Assembly (NCBI GenBank): GCA_964016885.1
Contig: OZ024747.1
Location: 72,044,001-72,108,000 of the forward strand
Origin: Eledone cirrhosa
Lineage: Eukaryota
Direction: 5' to 3'
DNA length: 64,000 nt
Shown here piece after piece: positions 39,933-51,099 of this stretch (position 1 is its first letter; each line of letters opens with the position of its first letter). The notes below the pieces were generated by a model. The model saw nothing but the letters and a program-made list of their open reading frames with translations, made no database searches and was not told the origin of the DNA. Position numbers and translations under genes: made by a program.

Positions 39933-40677
39933 CTACCGGCGCAGTAGTTCCCCTTGGATCGTTTCCCTGGTCGCAGTTAGTAGCGATGTGGCCTGGTCGC
40001 CTACACCGGTAGCAAATTATCTCCGGCTTCGACTCTCTACAGTCTCTAGCCATGTGCGGGCCCTGGCAACGAAAACAGCGCCCTCTAAACGTTCGCGGGC
40101 GACCGCGTGCCAAGGTTGCCTCCCTTTCACCATTTCGCTGCCAGGTGTCCTGAGCCTCCGTAGTTGCTATCGCCGCAACACTCTTTTTGGCATCTTCCGC
40201 TCTGATCCGGGCTTGTTCCACCAGTGAACGCATTTCCATCTCTTTATAACCCGGGACTTGCTGCAGTTTCACAGCTATGTCGTCCGGAAATCCATTGATG
40301 AACGCCAACCGCACCGTGCGTTCGCATTCCACCTGGTAACCGGCCAACATGGCCAACCGCCGTATTTCCGCTGCGAAAATGTCGACGTGCTCACCATTCC
40401 ACCTGATTCTCGCCAGCTTAGCAAAAGCCGCCAACGGTCCCTCGGCGAATGCATCCATCAGACGCCTCTCAATCTTCTGCGCATCTCTTTGGCTGTGCTC
40501 GTCCAACTCAAGGAAGAGTACCAACGCGTCGCCCTCGAGGTACAGTGCCATGAGGCCGGCCACGTCCTCTATCTTCTGCAAGCTTGCGACCAGCCGAACC
40601 TTCCGCAGCCAAGCGACAACATCACCTTCCCCGGTAAATGCCCTGATAGCTTCGTTCATCCGTAGTCTTGTCGCCAT
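39916..40677 (-). CDS. gag: Gypsy gag
   Basis: 253-aa ORF with two CCHC knuckles (CFRCQGPHMARDC, CYRCRRPGHIATNC). Confidence 0.9.
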   Translation of the reverse strand: MATRLRMNEAIRAFTGEGDVVAWLRKVRLVASLQKIEDVAGLMALYLEGDALVLFLELDEHSQRDAQKIERRLMDAFAEGPLAAFAKLARIRWNGEHVDIFAAEIRRLAMLAGYQVECERTVRLAFINGFPDDIAVKLQQVPGYKEMEMRSLVEQARIRAEDAKKSVAAIATTEAQDTWQRNGEREATLARGRPRTFRGRCFRCQGPHMARDCRESKPEIICYRCRRPGHIATNCDQGNDPRGTTAPVVAPYE

Positions 40678-42667
40678 CTTCTGATTTGTCTTGCGGCAAG
40701 TGTTTTTTTTTTGTTTGTTTTTTCCAGTCGCCGAAATAGCTTGTAGTTAGAAAAAGCTATCTCACCGCTTTTTATAGGCGCCGCTAAACTCCACTGCAAG
40801 TTACTCCTCTTCCACGTGCGTCCAACTGCTTAACACCGAGAGCTGCCCAAAACTCGCGTCCACACCGTTTGCTGGTCACCACTAGAGAGAGGCCCTCTGC
40901 TGGCCCTTCCGGTCGAGCATCCTTCCGGCCAAGCACCCTTCCGGTCGAGCACTCCCCCGCCTCCGGCCACCGCACGCCACACCATACCCACAACACTTTT
41001 GTTCACTCTCAGTCCTCTTGATTCCAACTGCTGTTTCCATAGCCAGAATTTATTCTCTAGCTCCTCTACTGATTCTGCTATAAGAACCAGATCATCAGCA
41101 TAGAGATGTTCCCATGGGCATCCAGTCTTAAACTCCTTTGTTATGGCTTGGAGGGCTATAATGAACAAGAGCAGGCTGAGGACTGAACCCTGATGTACAC
41201 CTACTTGTACCTGGAATTCCTCACTAAACTCCATTCCTACTCTCACTTTACTGACAGCACCACTGTACATAGCTTGCACTGTCCTCACAAGCCATTCCTC
41301 TACACCTAGTTTCCTTAGGGACCACCAGATGACAGATCGGGGTACCCTATCAAAGGCCTTCTCTGGGTCAACAAAAGCTAAGTATAGTGGCTTATTCTTC
41401 TCTAAGAACCTCTCTTGTTGTTGCCTCACTAAGAAGAGGGCATTTGTTGTACTTTTCCGAGGCACAAAACCAAACTGCATCCCATCTAATTTGACCCTTT
41501 CTCTAATCAGTTGCACTAATATTCTCTCTGCCACTTTCATAACCTGATCCATCAGCTTTATTCCCCTATAATTGCTCCTCTCCAGAGCATCCCCTTTACC
41601 TTTGTAGCAATTTATGAGATTACTGCTGTACCAGTCTTTGGGTATGACACCACCATATATAGCTTGATTGATGATGCGTGCAACCAGTTTACTCCTGATG
41701 CCTTCAGCATCTCAGCAACTATCCCCGATGGTCCAGCAGCCTTACCATTCTTCATTTCCTTAATTGCCTCTTGTACCCTATATTTGCCAATCTCAAGAGA
41801 TGGTCCCTCTAGGGTAATTTCTCTCTCTCCCATTCGTTCTCCACATTCATCAGTCTCTCATAATGACATTTCTAGGCCTCCTTTTTTTGATCATTCGTGA
41901 CACTAAGTACACCGGCATCCATGCGAACACACTTATCTCCAACAACATCCTGATTTGCACTGCCTTGCAATGCGGAATACCACACGTCTCTGATCTTCCC
42001 ATCACAGAATATTGGCAAACCTCCTACTCTCAGCCTCCCTGCGTGCTAAGTACACCTGATGTCTAGCTTCTCTCTTAGAGGCTGTGTATCCTTCTACTCC
42101 CACCATTTTTTCAAGCCTTCCATGCCAGTCTTTTGTCTCTAATGGCCCTATCTACCATGCTGTTCCACCACCAGGTCACTCTCTGCCTGGCTGAAGCTCT
42201 GCCCCAGTCACAAATTTCTTCAGTAGCCTGCAGTAAGTTGTCATGCAAGAAATTCCAGTTATCATCTATGTCATACAACTCTAAATCGTCTTTTTCGTCA
42301 TACACATCTTGAAGGGTTTTGCTAAATTTATATTTTAATGAAAGGTATTTTAGCTTCCAGACCTTTCTTTTCCACACCTTCCTGTATGTCTCATTCCATC
42401 TCTTGCTTACTGAGATGTCACTAACGACTAACCTATGCTGTGGGGTACATTCTTCCCTGGGGTATGCCTTAGTATTTGACACCATCTGTCCGTCTCGCTG
42501 TCTAACTAGCAGGAAGTCAATCTGGTTTATATGCTCGCCTGATTTGTAAGTTATTAGGTGGTTGGTAGGCTTCTGGAAGTTAGTGTTGCCGTAACCTTAT
42601 ATATATACACATGGCATTTAGCTCCATTATAGTAAATATGTAAATTTATTTTATTTCATTTGTTTAG

Positions 42668-42833
42668 GTAAAATATTGTGGGCCTTTAGAGTTTGAAATG
42701 CTGGCACAGCTTCACACTTGAATATGATTATCCAATAACACTATCAAACAATAATGCTGCATATATGGAGGCCATGATGAGCCTGACCATGGCGTATGGC
42801 TATTGCAAATCTGTCAGGATTTTTGTAATAAAG
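42668..42833 (+). pseudogene. Hemopexin-repeat-like gene, exon B with a 1-nt frameshift
   Basis: TTTAG acceptor and GTGAGT donor. The frame from exon A reads GKILWAFRV then TGA at 42694. Adding one base near 42690 gives GKILWAFRSLKCWHSFTLEYDYPITLSNNNAAYMEAMMSLTMAYGYCKSVRIFVIK, which has the hemopexin YP and ..F..K motifs. Confidence 0.5.
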
Positions 42834-43023
42834 GTGAGTTAAAGACATGACATATATACATACACACACACACTCACACACAAACACACACACACATATA
42901 CACATACATACAAATCACATATATACATATATGTATGTAAAAGGTAAACATAAATAACAATACAACCAGTACATTATATGGAAGGAATATATTAGTTTAA
43001 TGCTTGAAATAGCAGGAAGAGAG

Positions 43024-43059
43024 TCTTAATGTTTCGGATGCTAGTCCTTCATCAGAAGA
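43024..43059 (-). ncRNA. Candidate minimal hammerhead ribozyme motif in a Penelope-type terminal repeat
   Basis: TCTT-CTGATGA-A-GGA-ctagca-TCC-GAAA-CAT-T-AAGA: both core boxes, a 3-bp stem II and a 4-bp stem I. A related copy with similar flank is at 52936-52972. Confidence 0.5.
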
Positions 43060-43164
43060 AAGAATTAGAAAGATTGAAGGGACGTTCGCTTTTTACGCGA
43101 AGATGCATTCGTGTATGCGGTGCATAACGCAAATTTGTGTAATTCAAGTGTAATTTTAAAAATT

Positions 43165-43745
43165 AAAACCCACATGCATTATAGTGGACTCTTTCGGCCT
43201 CCACCCGCTTTCCTGTCGCCACAGTGCCGGCCGTATTCCATGCCATACTGACCTCAACGAGGTCATTAAGCATGACTTGGACGCTGCAGGCTTCCCTTCC
43301 CAGCTCGAGCCGGTGGGGCTGGATCGAGGGGACGACAAAAGGCCAGATGGCATGACCATCTTCCCGTTCCGCGGTGGCAAACCCCTCGTCTGGGATGTCA
43401 CTTGCACCGACACTTTCTGCAGCCGCAACCTGGTGCAGTCTGTGACTGACCCAGGTTCTGCTGCACATCGGGCTGAGGGGGCCAAACTCCTCAAATACCA
43501 GTCGCTCTCCGACAGGTTTGCGGTCGTTCCCCTAGCAGTGGAAACTTCTGGTGTCCTCGGCCCCAGGGCTACCTCCTTACTCACCACCATAGGTGCTGAG
43601 CTGGCCAACCGTAGGTGTGAGCCCCGCGAGTTGGACTGGCTTTTCCAGCGCGTCTCCCTTGCTGTCCTCCAGGGAAACGCCTTCTCCATTCTGTCCGCCG
43701 GGGCTGTGGGTGGGCCCCATCGCGTACCAATACATTAGTTAAATA
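43165..43745 (+). mobile_element. CRE-clade non-LTR retrotransposon, 3' fragment (restriction-like endonuclease)
   Basis: GC-rich island encoding GLHPLSC...H..LN, LEP.GL.R.D.KRPDG, WDVTC.DT, PLAVETSG.LG and LFQRVSLAVLQGNA. Confidence 0.85.
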
Positions 43746-44654
43746 ACATTAACTGTTCTCCAATGTTAAGATATCTTATATCTTATACTTTATGTTACTA
43801 TGGTGATATCTATCTGTCTTTCACATACATTCTTTTCCTCTACTATATTTCTCTCAACATTTCATATGAGAAACATAGTTTCAGTTTGATGGGGCCATGA
43901 ACTATATTTGTAAAAATGATAACATCCATCCGGAATTCACTTTTTTATATATTCCGCACGAAGAGACTCATACACATGCTTGCACACACACATATGTGCA
44001 TGCACACACACACATACGTGCATGCACACACACTATGAGCATTTCAGGTGACAAACAGCCTTTAGGAACGAATTAAATATGTGAACTGAGGTTTCACTGT
44101 GTATATAATATTGACATTACCTTAGAGGTAATACCTTGAGGTACCCATGACGTGGAGTGCTTATGATGGTTTACACCACAATTGATTGATTAATTGACCA
44201 ACCAATATATTTTACTTGAAATATTTATATATATATGTATATTTGAATATATGAGAGAGATGAACACCGATATAAGTATACATGTGTTCCAATTGCAAAT
44301 GACCAAGTTAGCTAGGTTGAAAAAATACTAATTTAAAACAATATGGTTTGCCTGACTCGATTTAAAGTAATAAATCAATAAAAATAACAAACCTATATCG
44401 GACAACAGCCTTTGATACCCAGACAGACCTAAATCTGTTTTGCAAGATTATTAAGTGAAAGCCACCATTCCTGTGCTCTTCAGTAGGTATCTAGAAAATT
44501 TGTAACTTTCACTTCAAAGGATCTTAGAAGACTTATTTTTAGTGGCACGAGTATGAGACGCGCTAGGCGCTGCGACGTGTGCTTTTATATCAGCATATCG
44601 TTCAGTCTTCTTAGATCCTTTGAAGTGAAAAGTTAGGATTAGGAAGACTGAACG

Positions 44655-47358
44655 TTAGGGTTAGGGTGTTAGGGTTTGGGTTAGGTTTAGGGTGTTAGGG
44701 TTAGGGTTAGTGTTAGGGTGTTAGGGTTAGGGTTAGGTTTAGTGTTAGGGTTAGTGTTAGGGTGTTAGGGTTAGGGTTAGGTTTAGTGTTAGGGTTAGGG
44801 TTAGTGTTAGGGTGTTAGGGTTTGGGTTAGGTTTAGGGTGTTAGGGTTAGGGTTAGTGTTAGGGTGTTAGGGTTAGGGTTAGGTTTAGTGTTAGGGTTAG
44901 AATGTTAGGGTTAGGGTTAGGTTTAGTGTTAGGGTTAGAATGTTAGGTTTAGGGTTAGGGTTAGGTTTAGGGTTAGGGCTAGGGTTACAGTTAGAGTTTG
45001 GGTGTTAGGGTTAGGTTTAGGGTTAGGGTGTTAGGGTTAGGGTGTTAGGGTTAGGGTTAGGGATAGAATGTTAGGGTTAGGGTTAGGGTTAGGTTTAGTG
45101 TTAGGGTTAGAATGTTAGGTTTAGGGTTAGGGTTAGGTTTAGGGTTAGGGCTAGGGTTACGGTTAGAGTTAGGGTGTTAGGGTTAGGTTTAGGGTTAGGG
45201 TGTTAGAGTTAGGGTTAGGGTTAGGGTTAGGGATAGAATGTTAGCTTTAGGGTTAGGGTTAGGATTAGGGTTAGGGTTAGGGTTAGGGTTAGGGTGTTAG
45301 GAGTAGTGTTAGGGTTAGGGTTAGTGTTAGAATGTTAGGTTTAGCGTTAGTGTTAGGATTAAGGTTAGGGTTAGGTTTAGGGTTAGGGTTAGGGTTAGCG
45401 TTATGGTTAGGGTTTTAGGGTTAGGGTTAAGGTTAGGGTTATGGTGTTATGGTTAGGGTTAGGGTGAGGGTTAGTTGTTAGGGTCGGGGTGTTAGGGTTA
45501 CGGTTAGTGTAAGGGTTAGGGTGTTAGGGTTAGGGTGTTAGGGTTAGGGTTAGAGTTAGAATATTAGCTTTAGTGTTAGGGTAGGGTTAGGGTTAGGGTG
45601 TTTGGGTTAGGGTTAGGGTTAGGGTTAGGGTTAGGGTTAGGGTGTTAGGGTTATGGTGTTAGGTTTAGGGTTAGGGTTAGGGTTAGGGTTAGGGTTAGGG
45701 TTAGGATTTTAGGGTTAAGGTTAAGGTTAGGGTTAGGGTGTTAGGGTTAGGTTTAGGGTGAGGGTTAGGGTTAGGGTTAGGGTTAGGGTTAGGGTTCGGG
45801 TTAGAATGTTAGGTTTAGGGTTAGGCTTAGGGTTACAATGTTAGGTTTAGGGTTAGGGCTAGGGTTAGCATGGTACGTTTAGGCTTAGAGTGTTAGGGTT
45901 AGGGTTATGGTTAGGGTTTTAGGGTTAGGGTTAGGGTGAGGGTTAGTTGTTAGGGTTGGGGTGTTAGGGTTACGGTTAGGGTAAGGGTTAGGGTAAGGGT
46001 TAGGGTGTTAGGGTTAGGGTTAGAGTTAGAATGTTAGCTTTAGTGTTAGGGTAGGGTTAGGGTTAGGGTGTTTGGGTTAGGGTTAGGGTTAGGGTTAGGG
46101 TTAGGGTGTTAGGGTTATGGTGTTAGGTTTAGGGTTAGGGTTAGGGTTAGGGTTAGGGTTAGGGTTAGGGTTAGGCTTTTAGGGTTAAGGTTAAGGTTAG
46201 GGTTAGGGTGTTAGGGTTAGGTTTGGGGTGAGGGTTAGGGTTAGGGTTAGGGTTAGGGTTAGGGTTAGGGTTCGGGTTAGAATGTTAGGTTTAGGGTTAG
46301 GGTTAGGCTTATGGTTACAATGTTAGGTTTAGGGTTAGCGCTAGGGTTAGCATGGTACGTTTAGGCTTAGAGTGTTAGGGTTAGGGTTATGGTTAGGGTT
46401 TTAGGGTTAGGGTTAGGGTGAGGGTTAGTTGTTAGGTTTGGGGTGTTAGGGTTACGGTTAGGGTAAGGGTTAGGGTGTTAGGGTTAGGGTTAGAGTTAGA
46501 ATGTTAGCTTTAGTGTTAGGGTAGGGTTAGGGTTAGGGTGTTTGGGTTAGGGTTAGGGTTAGGGTGTTAGGGTTAGGGGTGTGGTTATGGTTGTTGTTAG
46601 GGTTAGTGTAAGGGTGTTAGGGTTAGAGTTACGGTTAGGGTTAGAATGATAAGTTTAGGGTTAGGGTTAGGGTGTTAGTGTTAGGGTTAGGGTTAGGGTT
46701 ATGATTTGGGTTAGGGTTAGGGTTAGGGTGTTAGGGTTAGGGTTAGGGTTAGGGTTAGGGTTAGGGTTAGGGTTATGGTGTTAGGGATGGGATAGGGTTA
46801 GGGTTAGGGTTAGGGTTAGGATTAGATTTATGGTTAGGTTTAGGGTTAGGGTTAGGGTTAGTGTTAAGGTTAGGGTTAGGGTTAGGATTAGGTTTAGGGT
46901 TCGGGTTAAGGAGTTAGTGTTAGGGTTAGGACTAGGGTTAGGGTTTTTTAGGGTTATGGTTAGGGTTAGGGAGTTAGGGTTAGCGTGTTAGAGTTAGGGT
47001 TAGGGTTAGGGTCAGTGTTAGTGGGTTAGGGTTAGGGTGAGGGTTAGGGTTAGAGTTAGGATTAGGGTTAACCCTAACCCTAACCCTAACCCTAACACCC
47101 TAACGCTAACCGAAACCCTAAGTCTAAACCTTACCCTAACCTAACCCTAACCCTAACAACCTAACCCTAACGGTAACCCTAACCCTAACTCTAACACCCT
47201 AACCCTAACCCTAACCCTAACATCCTAACCCTAATCCTAACCCTAACACCCTAACCCTAAACCTAACCCTAACCATAACCTTAATCCTAACCCAAACCCT
47301 AACACCCTAACCCTAATCTTAACCCAAACTCTAACCCTAACCCTATTCCTAACCCTAA
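44655..47358. repeat. Interstitial telomeric array, head-to-head: (TTAGGG)n 44655-47069 then (CCCTAA)n 47070-47358
   Basis: Directly visible. Junction reads TTAGGGTT|AACCCTAA. Many variant units (TTAGGGTG, TTAGAATG, TTAGGT, TTATGG). Confidence 0.98.
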
Positions 47359-47426
47359 TCTGAAGTCGTAGACTAAAATTCTATTTTGTAAACCGAACGA
47401 TTCTCGGCTTCAGAGTTAAGAATAAT

Positions 47427-47562
47427 TGTTTCTACATTTGGCACAAGGCTGAAAGGATGAAAGGCAAAGTTAACCTCGGAGGGATTTGAACTCAGAATGG
47501 GAAGGACCGTAACTCTATGCGTCAAAGCATGGCGTCTGACCCTCTACCAATACTGCCAATCC
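47427..47562 (-). mobile_element. tRNA-derived SINE with a Deu/Nin-like central motif and 17-bp TSD
   Basis: A box TGGCAGTATTGG, B box GTTCAAATCC and core GCCTTTCATCCTT; TSD tcagagttaagaataat at 47410-47426 and 47563-47579. Further copies at ~1471-1652 (TSD tgaataacatataat), 6870, 31030, 31540, 31810, 33945, 52236, 56185, 56870, 58970, 60995-61215 (15-bp TSD), 62185 and 63778. Confidence 0.85.
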
Positions 47563-48211
47563 TCAGAGTTAAGAATAATGTAAATAAATTACAGAGGTAA
47601 TTGAAATCAACAATAATTAAATATATACATGCACGCATCCATATACGTACATACACATCATATGGGAAAACACCCGCCATAGGTATGTAAATACAGGCAC
47701 GTACACATACAAAAACCTACGCAATGCATGTACCCGCACACATACGAATATATACACCAAATACACATAAAACATATATAAAAAATATATATACATGTGT
47801 ATGTGTGCATGTATACATATAATTATATAAACGTATATAAATATACACACATAAATACATATATAACGTGCGCACACACATACCTACATGTAAATACACA
47901 TATGTTCGCTAAATGTACGTCAACCAAAACACAAAGTACACATATACACACACCCTACATATGTGCAAACCCTCATACACACACAAACGCAAAACTCACG
48001 TATATACAGAACCATATACACATGTACCAGTATATATAATATAATATATATGCCTATAACAAATACAAGCAAATATACGTACGAGAAAGTATACGTACCT
48101 TCACAAAACATACAGGTAATATATACTTACCTATACAAATAAGTAATGGTATAAACATAAAATATACTTAGCTACCGCATCAAGACGTAAATTATCCGCG
48201 TATAGTTCGTA

Positions 48212-49330
48212 CTATCCATTAGGGTATAATGTGGGGCTGTAATACAGGAAAGTTTTGTGCAATTTATGTTTACAAGCCGAAATTGCCTCAGATTTTTTGT
48301 TGAAGATATGGTCATTGGCGTAGAGTATTTCCAGGGCCTCAGCGGCGCAGAGGTCACATGGTCTTTTATTTCCATTATACGATCTAGCCTTAGCTAGGAT
48401 CTCCCAGTGTAACCTATATTGGGTGTGGTTGTCTTTTAGACTCCAGATATAAGCTGAAAGTGACGTCATATTCCTTCTGAAAGGGTTAAGAAAAGAATGG
48501 GTATGCATGTAAAGACGCTGCTTGAAACTATTGGCGGTTAACCCTATGTAGGCCCTACGGGACGTGGGTGTCTCAACCTTACATTTGTAGACAATGTTAC
48601 TAGAGAGGCATTTCCCGGATAGGGGGCAGTCAGCCCGATTCCTACAATTACAGTTAGTACTAGCTACAGGGTTGCACGTGTTCCTACGGCTAGGTAGTTT
48701 AGCTAAATTTGAAGCTGTGATGTTATGTGCAAGGTTAGGAGTCGTAGAGTAAGAAATTTTAATGGTATTTCTATTAAAAATGTTATTATATTTATGTGCT
48801 GGGGGGAAATGTTTTGTAATAAGGGAGAGAAAGATCTTAGCTAATGGTGTGGCCACCTCCATATTATATGGTGGGTTATACCATATAATGCGTTGGGATC
48901 TATTTTTCCTAGGTCTATGCTCATACTCGGTATATGCTACCTTATCAACAAATCCACTCCGAGCAAGAGTTTCATTTTAATATGTGGAATGGTCGTTGAA
49001 AATATGCTCGTTAGTAGATAGACGGGAAAGCCTCAAAGAAACGTTTCTTACCAGGTTCTTGGTTATGCTGGCAGGATGGTTAGAATGCTTATTTATGTAA
49101 TTAAGCGTATCATTCAGCTTTCTATACGGGTAGTGCAAGCCATTTGACAAATTGAGAGTAACGTCGAAGTAATTAATGACTGAGAGGTTGGCCTCAACCT
49201 GTATAGAGAGGTTGAAGCCTTTAAAGAAGGCTGTGAGTTCTTTTCTAAACCTGTCACAAGCGCGTGGGCCGCACTTAGTCATGGTCAAAAGACCATCGTC
49301 ACGGTACAAACCACCGCCCACGCTGGGGAA
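48212..49330 (-). mobile_element. Penelope-like element, 5'-truncated (RT C-terminal half plus GIY-YIG endonuclease)
   Basis: RT motifs GLYRDDGL, FDVTLNL and YINKHSNHP; CNCR...CPLSGKC linker; NIVYKC...YIGLT...FKQR...H GIY-YIG. A Naiad-like assignment is my inference from the linker and RT motif. Confidence 0.9.
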
Positions 49331-50225
49331 TTCTTATTACCAGTGAGGATCTGCTGGAAAAGATAAGAATACGTGATAAATCTTAGAATATTTTCTTGTT
49401 TCAACTTAAAAATCAAACAAGCAGAATAGTTTTTTTACTGACTTGTATGTATGTGGGAGTGTACGTGGGAGTGTATGTGTTATAGATATATTTTTTTGTG
49501 TGTGAGTATGTTACCCTGCAGTTTCTCTGTGTGTATTGCAAGTTTCTCAGGTTGTTAGGTAGGGTCATCCTAATGCTAAATTGAGTAGGGGTGTAGGGGT
49601 GGGGGATTCCCTGGAGAATTGGTAACCCAACGCAAGTATGAAATCATATTCCTTGGGGAGGAGGGAGGTTGCCTACACATGGCGTAGTATCGATCATATG
49701 TCTTTAATCAAGGCCTCAATGCGTTGTGTCATAATTAACATTAACAACTTCCAACATTCATATATCATTATTGTATTCCAGTGTCTTTTATCATCCTTCC
49801 CTTCCCCATCCACCACCTCTGGTGGAAGTCCAGCCCCCCTCCTCTTACTCGTCTCTCCTGTTCAATTTAGCATTAAGGTAATTCTACTTAATTACTTGAG
49901 AAACTCCAGATAGCAGGCTACAGGATTTGCCTTTAATTATGCACACACACATACAAATACATATTTATAATACAAACTTTTACACACATGTATATACATA
50001 CATACATAACACGTACACACATACATATATACACACATACATATACACGTACAAACGCACACACATACACTCAAACACTCACTTACATACATGTACTCAC
50101 ATACACACCTCAGTAAAAATAAATGTTCTGCTTGTTTGACTTTGAAGTGGGGACAAGAAAATATTCAAAGATTTATCACGTATTGTTAGCTTTGCCACAT
50201 CTTCTCTTCCCCTCAATGATTATAT

Positions 50226-50256
<31 letters not shown>

Positions 50257-50529
50257 TCTATATATATCATCATCATCATCATCATCATCATCATTTTACG
50301 TCCGCTTTTCCCTGCTTGCAAGGGTGGGATGGGTCTTATTCAGCACAACATCTCTCCACTTGTCACGGTCCTTCGTGATATATATATATATATATACATA
50401 TGTACTTATATATATACACATATGTATGTGAATACATATATATATATATCTATTTATATATATATACATACATATGTACTTATATATATACACATATGTA
50501 TGTGAATACATATGTGTATATATCTATTT

Positions 50530-51099
50530 ATCATCATCATCATCATCATCATCATCAACGTTTAACGTCCGTGTTCCACGCTTGCATGGGTTTGGACGGG
50601 GGTAGTCCCACTTGAGGCAAGAGTGATTGTCTTGCTCGCATAGGACTGTCTGGCAGGTTTTCTACAGTTGGATGCCCTTCCTAACACCAACCACATTTAC
50701 AGTGTGGGTCTGGGAGGTTTTTACCGTGTTGCCTACACGGCCACATTACAGCGTGGACTGTGTGTTTTTTTGTCGTGACACCTACACGATCTCATTTGTT
50801 TCGGCCTCGATGGCGCGGCACCAACATAACTTTACATAGAACGGGGTGGTGTGGATCGGGTGGGGGTGGTGGGACGGGGTGTATTTGTTAGAGATGCCTA
50901 CTGGCTGGAGTAGGTTTTACTATATATTTAGGTAAGGCGGGTCTTCTCTGTTACTGAGTACCGCCAAAGGTCTCGGTCCAGTGACATTGTCTTGGAGAGG
51001 TGTAAGTGTGTGATGTCGGAGTTTATCAGCTCGTCCCAGGTTTTTCTAGGTCTGCCTATTCCGTGACTACCGTCTATCTTTATTGCCCTGCACTTTGTT
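50530..51099 (-). mobile_element. RTE family B 3' fragment in (TA)n
   Basis: Near-identical to 24575-25157 and flanked by TA-rich tracts. Confidence 0.88.

Larger units (their letters stand above)
36855..40992 (-). mobile_element. Full-length Ty3/Gypsy LTR retrotransposon (4138 bp)
   Basis: LTRs at 36855-37109 and 40742-40992 (TG...CA; I count 5 substitutions and one 4-bp indel). ACAC TSD at 36851-36854 and 40993-40996. PPT GAGATCAGGGGGGGCG at 37110-37125. Domain order gag-PR-RT-RH-IN. Confidence 0.97.
35982..42590 (-). mobile_element. 5'-truncated RTE-clade LINE (family A), interrupted by the Gypsy element
   Basis: RT motifs QFGFVPRKST, DPEKAFDRV, QGSVLS and LYADD at 41000-41550; PHD-like Cys cluster and GSETW/RLRWYGHV at 36177-36854; (GAT)n tail near 35985. 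Contains stops and frameshifts. Confidence 0.92.

Noticed and set aside
37370-40684. Long plus-strand ORFs inside the Gypsy element
   Set aside because: Antisense shadows of GC-rich gag-pol with no recognisable motifs.
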